A stretch of 63,891 nt of DNA, the filler included, from Chrysochromulina tobinii (Eukaryota), in assembly GCA_001275005.1 (NCBI GenBank). It is 8 parts of 8 records of this genome, joined end to end, with 100 filler letters (N's around TTAATTAATTAA, not from the genome) between each part and the next. Parts side by side here need not be neighbours in the genome. Positions count along the whole stretch, not along the records: positions 20,598 to 26,020 come from JWZX01000781.1; positions 26,121 to 34,180 come from JWZX01000782.1; positions 34,281 to 38,293 come from JWZX01000785.1; 5 more parts are not named here. One strand, written 5' to 3'. Below the pieces are notes generated by a model. The model saw only the letters and a program-made list of their open reading frames with translations. It did not search any database and was not told where the DNA came from. The position numbers and the translations under genes were made by a program. Positions 23,501 to 34,725 of the stretch are shown here, piece by piece. The first letter of the stretch is position 1. Each line of letters starts with the position of its first letter.

Positions 23501-25914
23501 CCGCGGCTGCTTCGCCCTGGTCGAAGCGAAACGAACGCACCCTCGGCGGCTCCAGACGAATAGCAACCATTTCGCCACGGATCCCGTGCGCGGGCAGCCC
23601 GCCAATGTCCGACGGGTACGCCGAGAACGCGCGCATCCCAAGACGGTTGATCGGCGACGTCTGATCCGCCCCATCAAAGTACACGTACAGATCCGGGTAC
23701 GTGGCACGCGCTGTGTAGGCTTTGAGCCCGAGGACACGTCGCCAGCCTCGGCTTGCCTGCAGGATGGCCATCTCCTGCACCTCTGTGGCCGCTGGGAAGG
23801 GCTCGGGAGCCACCGACACCGGGATCGCATCGCGAGCAGCCTCGAGTGGGCAAGGGCTAATCTGGAGGGCCTTCCCCCTTCTCGACGAGGCGGGAGGCGG
23901 CGTGGAAAGCACTTGCATGTTGGCGGGCTTGATCAAGATGGGGGCGCCGTCGCGCATGCCTGGCTTCTGCCGGTCGACCAGCTGCACCTCCCATCGCTCG
24001 ACACCGCCCGTCATATTCCGACGGTCCACAACGCCCATGCGCCCATTCAGCTCTGGCCGTGACGCGAGGCCGCACAGAGTGACACGCGCACCCACCCAAG
24101 GGGCGATGGCGCTGGCGGCATCCGCCTTTCGTGCCGAAGGCGGCCGGATGGCTGTTGTCGCCCCCTCCGCCTGTGCTGCGCTCTCAATGGGGATCCCTTG
24201 CGCAGCCGCGAGGCCATACAGCCGCCGCGCCTCAGCCTCGTTCTTTGGTCCGCCTAGTTCTTGCTCGTGCATGGCCCCAAGACTGTACTGTGCCTCAGCA
24301 AGCCCTTGCGCGGCCGCGAGGCCATACAGCCGCCGCGCCTCAACCTCGTCCTTTTGTCCGCCATGCCCTTGCTCGTACATGGCCCCAAGAATTTGCTGTG
24401 CATCAGCATGCCCCTGCGCGGCCGCGAGGCCAAACAGCCGCCGCGCCTCTAGCAAATCCTGCGGTCCGCCCTGCCCGTGCGCGTGCATGATGCCGAGGTT
24501 GCACTGCGCTTTAGCATTCCCCTGCGCAGCCGCGAGGCCATACAGCCGCCGCGCCTCCGGCAAGTCTTGCGGTCCGCCCTGCCCGTGCGTGTACATGATC
24601 GCGAGGTTGTGCTGCGCTTTAGCATGCCCCTGCGCGGCTGCGAGGCCAAACAGCCGCCGCGCCTCAACCTCGTCCTTGGTTCCGCCACGCCCTTCATCGT
24701 GCATGAGTCCGAGGTTGTACTGCGCGTCAGCATCCCCCTGTGCGGCCGCGAGGCCATACAGCCGCTGCGCCTCTGCCTCGTCCTTTGGTCCGCATCGCCC
24801 GTGCTCGTGCATGATTCCGAGGTTGAACTGCGCGTCAGCATGCCCTTGCGCAGCCGCGAGGCCATACAGCCGCCGCGCCTCTAGCAAGTCTTGCGGTCCG
24901 CCCTGCCCTTCGCGGTGCATGACCCCGAGGTTGTACTGCGCTTTAGCATCCCCCTGCGCAGCCGCGAGGCCATACAGCCGCCGCGCCTCTAGCAAATCCT
25001 GCGGTCCGCCTAGTCCTTGCTCGTGCATGATTCCGAGGTTTTGCTGTGCCTCAGCATGCCCTTGCGCAGCCGCGAGGCCATACAGCCGCCGCGCCTCTAG
25101 CAAATCCTGCGGTCCGCCCTGCCCGTGCGTGTACATGATCCCGAGGTTGTGCTGCGAATCAGGATCCCCCTGCATAGCTGCGAGGCCAAACAGCCGCCGC
25201 GCCTCAACCTCGTCCTTGGTTCCGCCACGCCCTTCATCGTGCATGAGTCCGAGGTTGAACTGCGCGTCAGCATTCCCCTGTGCAGCCGCGAGGCCATAAA
25301 GCCGCCGCGCCTCTGCCTCGTCCTTTGGTCCGCGTCGCCCGTGCTCGTGCATGATTCCGAGGTAATGCTGTGCCTCAGCAAGCCCTTGCGCAGCCGCAAG
25401 GCCATATAGCCGCCGCGCCTCAGCCTCCGTTCCTTTCGGTCCCGCCAATCCCTTTCTCGTGCATGATTCCGAGATTGTGCTGAGCCCCAGCATACCCTTG
25501 CGCAGCCGCAAGGCGAAACAGCCGCCGCGCCTCAACCTCGTCCTTTGGTCCGCCTAGCCCTTGCAGGAACATGACCCCGAGGTCGTACTGAGCCTCAGCA
25601 TACCCTTGCGCAGCCAAGGTGCGAAGCTGCTGCCGCTCCGCCTCCGCCTTGTCCCTTGGTATGCCACGTCCTTGCGAGTGCTTGGAGGCTCCATCAGAGG
25701 ATCGATCCGACGAAGGCGACGGTTTCGGTGCAGACATCGCTGGCGATGGCTTCGGCGCCATATGCAGCGACGTGGGCTGCACGGCGAGCATCTCGCCGTT
25801 CTCGCAGCGCACCTTCCACCGACCGCGGGATTCGACCCATTCCACCACGTCGGCAACGCGACCGTTGAGCTCGGGCCGAGCCACCAGTCCCTCCAGCACG
25901 ACGCGAGCACCCAC
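20598..25914 (-). CDS. Giant repeat protein: SH3-like domain, ~13 Sel1 repeats, second SH3-like domain, linker domain, >=21 armadillo repeats (3'-truncated; apparent frameshift at ~25425-25445)
   Basis: 36-aa AQxNLGxMxxxGxGGxxDxxEARRLYGLAAAQG units; 41-aa AGAIAPLVTLVQSGTDGQKEQAAGALxNLA units; GARVxLxGLxxRPELNG twice. Confidence 0.9.
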
Positions 25915-26120
25915 GGAGATCGCGGAGATCGTCGGAGATCGTCGGAGATCGTCGGCTCCTTGGCGCTCGCCCCGACGTTATTGGTCTCGTCCCGTGACCG
26001 CTCCTCCCTCGATGCATGCTNNNNNNNNNNNNNNNNNNNNNNNNNNNNNNNNNNNNNNNNNNNNTTAATTAATTAANNNNNNNNNNNNNNNNNNNNNNNN
26101 NNNNNNNNNNNNNNNNNNNN

Positions 26121-26854
26121 TCACGCTCCCCGCGTCGGTGACGGAGATTGGTGAGCGCGCCTTTTACGGCTGCACCTCGCTCGCATCGATCACGATCCCC
26201 GAGTCGGTAACGCAGATTGGTCCGGACGCCTTTAAGGTCTGCACCTCGCTTTCGTCGATCACGATCCCATCGGCAAACCTCGGCCAGACCTTGCTGCTCC
26301 CGCCGAGGGTTTACATGGGCGAGATGGAGGTGGACATCCCGACATTCCATCTCGCCATCAAGGACGGCCCCATCGAAGCGTCGATTCGGCAGCACTATGA
26401 GCTCGGCATCCGTTGCGTCCCTTTGCTCTCGGCCCTCGATGCGATGACGACATCGGGTCCGATGGCCATTTTGGGCATCCCCTTTCTGCGTGAGTACGCC
26501 GTGTACTTCGACCGCGCGAGCTGGGGCATGTCGGTCGCCCAGATCGAGGAGGGCTCTTCGGTCTGCTCTCAATGCGGCACTACCTTTGCTTCGAGACTGA
26601 TTGAACACATCAGCGGCAGCAGCGAGACGGCCCTTGCCGCCGGCTCCAGTGCGCTGCAGCCCGAGGCCATCACAGCAACCATGAGCTCGAACAACGTCCG
26701 ACGCGCCGCGCCCATCAAGGTGAGCCGGGTGCGCGGACCGAGCCTTCATGGGGTACCGACGGTCATCATGCCCAACATGCTCGATGATGCTCATCGTCAC
26801 GAAGTACCGGCGTGGACGCATCACAACAGGACGAGGCGAGTGTGGGTGCTGTGA
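26121..26854 (+). CDS. 5'-truncated protein: BspA-type LRRs followed by a pepsin-like (A1) C-terminal segment
   Basis: [48 protein letters not shown]. Confidence 0.65.
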
Positions 26855-27124
26855 TGACCCGTGGTCTACATGTTGGATTTTCATGTTCATGAACCGAAGT
26901 GTACCGGGTACCGTTGGTTGTTAGTTTGACTCGAGAGTCCGTAAAGCATAGTCGGCCAACTCGACTAGATCCCGCGTCCCTGACCCGCTGTGCGGCGCAG
27001 CATGATCGCTGCGCCAAGGTGCAAGGAAACCTACCGGTAACCAAATAAAGGCCGCGGTGCGATTCGCAAGAGCCTCGAACGCTGAGAACGCACGGGCGAA
27101 TAGTACAATCATCTTTACATTATC

Positions 27125-28588
27125 TTACGGTAAGCGTGCCGACTTATCCCGGTGCGCGGCCTCTTTCCGCTTGCACGCCGGCCGTACTCTTGCATGTAGC
27201 TCGCGCGCTCGCACGGCCACTGGATCCCGCGATTGGGCGGGCTTGGCAGAGCCGCCCACGACTTGATACGTCTGTGTACGGCTGTGAGTGCCCCGCCCCC
27301 GAATCGTAGCACGCTGTACGTCGGAAGCACAGCTTGGCATTGGCCCGCGCCTGGCATTGATCAGCCTGCCACGCGCCTCGACGAGCTCTCGTCGCTCCGC
27401 GATGGTCAGGTGACGAAGCATAGAGTCGTCGCACACCTGCGTGACGAGGCATAGAGTCAGGTGACGAAGCATAGAGTCAGGTGACGAAGCATAGAGACGG
27501 CACACCTGCGTCAGCTTGGGATCGCAGCAAGGCCTCGCCTTCAGCATCATCGTGCCGGGCGTGAGCATCGCACTGCGCGCAAAGCACTCCTCCACCGAGC
27601 GCGTCTCGTAGTGTGCGATGGAGAGCGTGCTGGGGGATGGGTACATGACCCCGCCCACGAGCTTTCCTGCCCAGCGTGTCGGGTAGTAGTTGCAATGGGC
27701 ACCATCATTAGCGCGCCCGAGTACCACGTCAGCCAGCCAACTGCGCGTGAAGAAGCTGTGAACGCAGCCCGGCACGAGGCCTGTGATGGAGCCTAGCAAG
27801 GCGAGCCCCTTGTGACGCACCGGCCTGCGCGTGGCATTCGGATCCGCGTCTCGCTGCCGCCAGGTGTACGATGCGCGCGCACCCGCCGACGTCGGCCGCG
27901 CGCTGTGTCCACTAGGGCCATACGAGCGCCGCATCACGTGCACGCTGCGTGCACCGGCCATGCGCGCGTCGTGAAGCATCATGCGCAGCGAGCCTCCCTG
28001 CGGGTTGAGGAATTCGTCAGCGTCGAGCAAGCCCACCCACAGGTGGTCGCGCACTGGGCTTCCCCCATACGCTTGGTCCGCTACCCGACTGCGCGCAAGG
28101 CGACGCCACATGTCGTGGTACGCAATCATTTGACGGCTGTAGAAGAGTTGGTTCTCGACATCGCCGGGAAGTCGAAGCGGTGGCGTCGATAAGGCTCTCA
28201 CGCCAAGAAAGAAGCGGCGGCCTTCGGGCACTGTCACGTTATGCAGAACGACACGGCCGCTTGCAACATCACTCGGTCGCACGCCCTGATGCCCGTGCGG
28301 CATGCTGTCATCGAGGACGTGTATGCGACCGACACCAATGTGCAGGTGGTGAGCTATCCATTCAGCAAGGTGCTCGTTGCGGGCAAGGACAACGAGCACA
28401 ATTTCATCCCGGGCCACTCGATCAGGTGCAAGCTCCCGGCGCGCCGGAGTCAGGCCGATCAGCACGCAAACGAGCGGTAGCTCGCAGAACGCGAATGGAT
28501 CGTATGCCCAGATGACGATGCTGGCGAACACTGCGATCGCAGTCGAGCACCGGCACCGTCGGAGTCCCGACGTCGACGCTCCGGCCAT
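27125..28588 (-). CDS. Type II membrane glycosyltransferase, GT-A fold (GT2_4/GT92-like)
   Basis: N-terminal TM; ARNEHLAEWIAHHLHIGVGRIHVLDD; WVGLLDADEFL (DxD); IAHY; likely 69-nt intron 27437-27505. Confidence 0.8.
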   Translation of the reverse strand: MAGASTSGLRRCRCSTAIAVFASIVIWAYDPFAFCELPLVCVLIGLTPARRELAPDRVARDEIVLVVLARNEHLAEWIAHHLHIGVGRIHVLDDSMPHGHQGVRPSDVASGRVVLHNVTVPEGRRFFLGVRALSTPPLRLPGDVENQLFYSRQMIAYHDMWRRLARSRVADQAYGGSPVRDHLWVGLLDADEFLNPQGGSLRMMLHDARMAGARSVHVMRRSYGPSGHSARPTSAGARASYTWRQRDADPNATRRPVRHKGLALLGSITGLVPGCVHSFFTRSWLADVVLGRANDGAHCNYYPTRWAGKLVGGVMYPSPSTLSIAHYETRSVEECFARSAMLTPGTMMLKARPCCDPKLTQVCRLYASSPDSMLRHLTLCLVTQVCDDSMLRHLTIAERRELVEARGRLINARRGPMPSCASDVQRATIRGRGTHSRTQTYQVVGGSAKPAQSRDPVAVRARELHARVRPACKRKEAAHRDKSARLP

Positions 28589-31084
28589 CCTACATGAAGA
28601 AGACGCAGACCTTCTCGTCTCGCGTGAGCGGCCCCGCACGTGAAGTGTCTCTGTGAATGCCTACATGCACGGGCTTGCACGGGCCTGAGTCGAAATGGGG
28701 GGGGAGGCGCGTCCCTGTTTTACGCGGAGCGCGGCGCGCGCTCAATTTACGCGCATCACATGGCGCTTCTCGTCAGTGCCGATGGAATAAGATGCAGGAC
28801 CGCAGCCACAAGCAGCGCAAAGATACGGCGCCGTCTTGGGCGTTATGCTTCCCCCCTTCTGATGAGATTTGGACAATACTTAACGCTAACACTTGTTATT
28901 TACACGCGGAGCGTTCCTTGTGTTGCAGCACGAAGCAACAGAGCCCTTCCGGCCTCTGCTGCTGGCGCCGCGCAAAGGTATCCGTCTGCACAACCGTTGG
29001 CCTGGCCCCGAGCGCTGACGCATGGTCTCGCGTGCTCCCATGCCCAGCGCCGTGCCGCGCGCGCGCGCGTGGCGCCAGCCCCGCAGCGCCCGCGTCACTC
29101 AATTGCGCTGATCACGCCCGCGCCAAGCACTGCGCTGGGCGCGGACGCGCGCGAGCCAACCCTAGTGGCCGCACGCCGGCGATCGATATCACGCCACTCA
29201 TCGCGCGCTACCCGCCCGCCTGCCTTCCTACGCAGACTACATCCTGAGACTTCAAGACACCGAACCCGAGAGCCTCGAGAACATATTGCGCCTTCTGCTT
29301 GTCGCATTTTCACTCGTCATCGCCTTGCCGGCGGCGTTCGACGCACAGGACGCCCTTCAGTTCGAGGTGCAGTCCCCGCTTCAGCTCGAGGTGCGATCTC
29401 CGCCCAAGTCCCGCCCTCTTCGCCCCGCCGCCACGCGAGTTCAACACGATAGCCCCGCCACAGCACACTCCACTCTGCTCGCACACCACCCCAAGCGCAC
29501 ACATCACAATGGACGCGCCGCGGCACTAGAACGCGGGCAAGACGATCCACCCCATGATCTACGTCGTCATCAACCTCTTCAGAGCCCAGGGATACCAACC
29601 CACCTACCACAGGTGCCCCCCAGCCCGGCCGGCCGCCACGCATGCGGCGCAGCTTCGGGTCGGCCTTGCTGCTGCGCGCGCAAGGCCGGTGCGCATGGTG
29701 CACGCGCACGCGCACGAGGCCGTGTGCGCGAGTGCGATATCTGCACCCGCACCTGCCCGACTCCGCGCCCGCCGAGGCGCGCCTGCCTCAGCGCGATGCA
29801 ACTTGCGCTGGCCATCGGCACGTGCGAGAGCGCCGCCTCGCCTGTTGTGCTGACGGCTTGCGCGTTGCTCCTCCGGTGCAGGCAGCCGCAGGTGCGAGCG
29901 GTCGGGCTCGACGGCCACCGCGCTCTCGACATCTCCGCCATGACCGGCAGGCGCGACGTCGACACCACGGTCACGAGGATCCGGCCGCCATCACGCCCGC
30001 GGGCTCTGCCGCTTGGCCAGGCGGCGCGAAGCCTGTGCCTGTGAAGCCTGTGAGCCGGGCGCGGGCGTCCTCGAGGCTGCGGCCCCGTCGGCGCACTGCC
30101 CGACCCGCTCACCATCGAGTACGGCCCCGTCGATTCCAGCCTAGTCATCGGCGCCACGCGAATCAAGGCGTTGCCACGCCGCCTCTCGCCACGGGTCCAC
30201 CACCGCCTCTCGCAGTGCACACTCACCCGTGTAGCATTCACATTCATCTACACCGCATGCACCACGCACTCACGTCACCGCCTGACACTTGCAGCCCGCT
30301 TCCACTCCACCGCCCGTGCCCCAGCTGACACGTTTCTCGTGCCTGCGCGCAGCCCTCGCAAGACAAGACCTTCTCGTCGCCCACCGCGGTCGGCGAGACC
30401 CCTGGTTCGTCCTACCAGCTTCATGAGGACAACAACGCCTCGGCCGCCGCCGGCCAGACGACCGCCACGGCGCTCACCTCGACGGCCACCCAATCGGACG
30501 AGACTTACTCGTGCGAGCTCGCCACGATCAATGGCGAACCTGGATCGCTCTACCAGCGCACCGAGGGCAACGCATCGGCCGCTTCTTCCGAGCAGGTGAT
30601 CGCCAGCAGTACCGAATGGCGACCACGGCGTGCTCTTTCCGCCGCGCAACGGCCCGTCTCTCTCGCCTCTGGCCGCGGCGACCTCTCTCGCCTCCGCCTC
30701 AACGTGCCCGTCTCCAACGTGCCCGTTCTGGTCTTTGATCTGACCCTTGCATTTCACCGTGCCCACGCTCCGCAGACGTGGTACTGCATCGATATCACCG
30801 TCTCCATCGCGGTGGCTTTCGCCGCCGTGGCTACGGCCGTTGAGTCGTCGGTCGCTGCGGTCCTCACCTCCGCCGCGGCCGCCACAACCCTGCTCGGCGG
30901 CGACTTCAAGGATCGCCTCTCGGGCTATAGCATCGCCATCATCGCCGCGGTTGCCGTGCTCGCCGCAGTCGCCTCCTGCAGCCGATGGATCTCCGACCCT
31001 GAGCGGGAACTGAAAACGGGTACCAACCTTTCCGGTGGGTTTCTCCGTCCACTCCCGAAGCTCTCGACCTCCGGTTGCCTCAGG

Positions 31085-34000
31085 ATGGCACGGTTCGTTC
31101 TGGTGCTCTTGCTTTGTCCCGGGGTCTTCTCTGTGGAGAGCGGCCCAACCGTCAGCCAGACAGCCCCTGCGCCCGAAGTGCAGGCTGCTCACAAGCACGT
31201 CCCAAGTGATTCGCCAAGGAGCCCCTCCCGCTCGCCGCCACCAACTTCAGATGAGCGTCACGAAAGGCGTCGACTCCTTTTCCACGGCCACACGCCGCAC
31301 GGCCACTCGCCGCCGCCACCGCCACCGCCGACACCGCCGCCACCGCCATCACCGGCACCGCCGCCCCCAGTGGTGAACGGATTGCCGCTTTGCCCTAATT
31401 GCGGCATTTGTTCATCGACAACTCTCACACTTCCTGCCTACACGAATGAGTATTACTACAAGACCACCATGGTGATGCCTTGCAGTGCTTGTTCAAGTGT
31501 TGCCAGTGGAGGAGGACGAATGCCCGTCTACCAAGCGCAGACTGGTACTGGGTCCTGGCTGCATGTATACGTGTGGTTCGACTGCGCGACTGGGAGATGG
31601 ACCCGATCTGTAGTTACTTCTAGTGGTCCTTTCCCCGCGGGAACCATTATTGATTCTGCTCCAGCGTGGAGCTCATGCCCGTACAGTGGCGCTGCATCAT
31701 GCCCGCTGCAGCCCTCATACTACACATGCAGCAGCTGCATGGCCGCCCGAGCCGACAACGTGTGGTGCGCCGCGGGCGCACTTTGTGCATCCTCTGCTCT
31801 TACAGGCACCTCGCTGCTTCCTGGCGATCGCGTCCTCTGCCCACAAAGCGCCTGGGTGGGCAGCAGCGGCTGCGTGGCGTCGACCGTCACCGACCCTTAC
31901 TACGAGACGAACGCCTGGGCGTACACTCTGATCAACCTGCAGCCCGCCTGGGCAGCGGGCTACACTGGTGCTGGCGTGACGATCAACATTGTTGATGATG
32001 GGCCCGATGAGACGCACCCCGATTTTTCGGGCAAGTATGATGCGTTGGGGTCGTGCCCGACGCACACCACCGGCAGCCACGGGACCACGACGGCTGCGAT
32101 CGCGCTCGCAGCCGGCAACGGCCAGTGCTCTCGCGGCGTCGCGTATGGTGCGACGCTGTCCAAGTGCGGTATGCACGAAACCGACACGAATAGGTTCATC
32201 GGCAGCTTGACCCGAAACCACATCTCATCCAACTCGTGGGGGACCAACTCGTGCGCTAGTTTTGGCGACGAGCGGCGCAAGCTCCGGCAGCGCCAGCTGC
32301 AGGGGTGCCCCTTTGCGGCCACGGCCGCCTCGGGCACCAGCCCATGCAGCGCGTTCCAGTGCGCCGGGGCCAGCTGGACGTCGCCGCCGAGCATGTGCAA
32401 CACGGTCATCTCGACCTACTGCCAGAACGCCTATAACTACGACGCGGACGGCGAGTGCGCCTCGTGGACGTACCTCTGGACGTTTTGCTTTTACACAGGA
32501 GAGCTGAACTGGGCGACCCAACGGGTCCTGCAGCGTGGCGTCCTCGAGGGGCGCAGCGGGCGCGGCATCGTGTACGTCATGTCGTCGGGCAACGAACATT
32601 CATCTGGCGAGGACGTCAACATGGAGCGGAAAATTCTCTCGCGCTTCACTATCTTCGTCGGCGCCACCGACAAGCTCGGCTTGCACTCGTATTACTCGGA
32701 GACGGGCTCGTCGCTCTTCATCTCCGCGCCGGGTGGCGACACAACTCAGCACCTCAACAACTGGCACGTCGCGGCAACTGGCAGCGGCTGTGCCGAGCAG
32801 GGGCAGGGAACTTCGTATGCATGCCCCGTCGTCTCGGGCGTGGTCGCGCTCATGCTCCAAGCCAATCCGCTGCTCGGCTGGCGCGACGTGCAGGGGATCC
32901 TCGCGGCGACAACGAGCCGAAATGACCCCACGAGCTCCCTCTGGACCACGAACGCGGCCGGCTTCATCCATAACATTAAGTACGGCTTCGGCATGGTCGA
33001 CGCCGGCGCGGCCGTGGCCGCCGCGCTGTCGTGGACCAACTGGGGGATCGAGCGGCGCATTTTTGCGAGCTCGTCGCAGCAGCTCACTGTCCCGTACAAT
33101 GGCTCGACGCTGTCGACCAGTGTCACGGTCGGCGCACAGAGTCAGGCGTGGGCGATCGAGTGGATCGAAATCTTCCTCAACCTCGACCACTCGTCGCGCG
33201 GCGACTTGCAGCTCGAACTCACGTCGCCCTCTGGCACGCACTCCGTCCTGATCCCCGGCCCGCGGCCCGAGATTTCGAACCCGCCGGTTATGGGCTGCTC
33301 GGCCGCGGCCGACACGTGCTCGACGAAAGACAATGGAGTTTGCGACAACCCTTCAACTTGTGAGTGCGATTACAACGACTGTCTTGCGGCGAACTGGACG
33401 GGCGCGAACGGGCAGCCCTCGCTGTACCTGCCACGCTTCAATTGGAAGATGACGAGCGTGCGTAGCTGGGGCGAAAGCCCGGTGGGCACGTGGAGGCTCG
33501 CGATCCGCGATCGGCGGCTCGCGAACGGTGTACAAAGTTCGCTGCTCAAGAGCTGGAACCTGCTCATCTACGGCCACCACGGCACCGCCACCCGCCTGAG
33601 CAATCCGCCTTCGCCCTCGCCCCCGCCGCCTTCGCCCTCGCCCCCGCCGCCTTCAAATCTGATCTGCACCAATACGTGCACTTACGCCAATCAAGGCACC
33701 TGCGATGACGGTGGGCCAGGCGCCGAAGGCTGCCCACAAGGCTGTGAGTACATATCCGTCTGCGCCCTCGGGACCGACTGCAATGACTGCGGCCCGCGCT
33801 TGATACTCCCTCCACAGCCACCGTCGCCGCCACCGTCGCCGCCACCGACTTTTTTACCGAAATGTGCGTCGTGCGGCGTTTGTTCATGGCCTGCTTTTAC
33901 GAATGCTAACTTCCCGAATGAGGTTTACTACAAGACCAGCTACTATTTCACTTGCAGTGCTTGTTCAAGTGTTTCCACAGGAGGACAAATGTACGTCTAC

Positions 34001-34180
34001 CAAGCATGGAATGATGGTACTGCCCTACCTTGGAATGTGTACGTGTGGTTCAATTGCATGACTGGGATATGGACCCGATCTGTCGTTGGTTTCTGCTCTC
34101 CTAATATCTATGCCTGTCCTGGGCCTTACCCAACGGGAACCGTGATTGGAGTTCCTGTGTGGAGTTCATGCCCGGACAGT
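31085..34180 (+). CDS. Secreted kexin/furin-like subtilase (S8 + P-domain) with Pro-rich linkers and Cys-rich modules (3'-truncated)
   Basis: Signal MARFVLVLLLC; triad IVDDG, SHGT, GTSYACPVVSG; oxyanion SGN; P-domain HSSRGDLQLELTSPSGT; CDDGG...GTDCNDCGPR module. Confidence 0.9.
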
Positions 34181-34725
34181 NNNNNNNNNNNNNNNNNNNN
34201 NNNNNNNNNNNNNNNNNNNNNNNNTTAATTAATTAANNNNNNNNNNNNNNNNNNNNNNNNNNNNNNNNNNNNNNNNNNNNCTCTTCTCGTTCGAACAGGA
34301 TGCAGTACGACCACTCCTCCTCAGCGACGTTGAGGAGTACATGCTTGGCCTCGACTCTCGCATCATGATGCCGCGAGGCGGGTGGTGCATCGAAGGCTAT
34401 GGCCCCTCATACCGTGCCCGCCTTGAACACGCAGCTTTCCGCATCTACTGCATGGCCCTCAACGCCCTTGCAGACGATGAGTCGTTGATCGGTGGCATTA
34501 TGCGCCGCTGCCACACCTGGAGATTCTCCACGCCTTTCCATCCCTACGTTCCGTACATGATACCCGATTCACACCTTGAGTCCACTTTCGACCCGACGAA
34601 GATCGACCTCTGGATTCGCCACCATGTGCGACAGCATCTAGTCATCGACTGCCGAGAGCACGACGCTCCTCAAACCGACGGAGGTGATCCCATTATCGCA
34701 CTCCAGGTCGAGCAAGACGTGCTCG

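Noticed and set aside
20628..25299. Long antisense ORFs (also 40613-41770, 51064-52879, 36934-38190)
   Set aside because: Shadows of GC-rich repetitive coding sequence on the opposite strand
25420..25460. Programmed frameshift or pseudogene in the Sel1 array
   Set aside because: Compared with sister repeats, the shift comes from several single-base homopolymer over-calls within ~20 nt, typical of sequencing error
28640..31084. Genes in the 28.6-31.0 kb ORF cluster, including the 30596 upstream extension of the protease
   Set aside because: No recognisable motifs or consistent exon chain; the signal peptide indicates the protease starts at 31085. A degraded or multi-exon gene cannot be excluded
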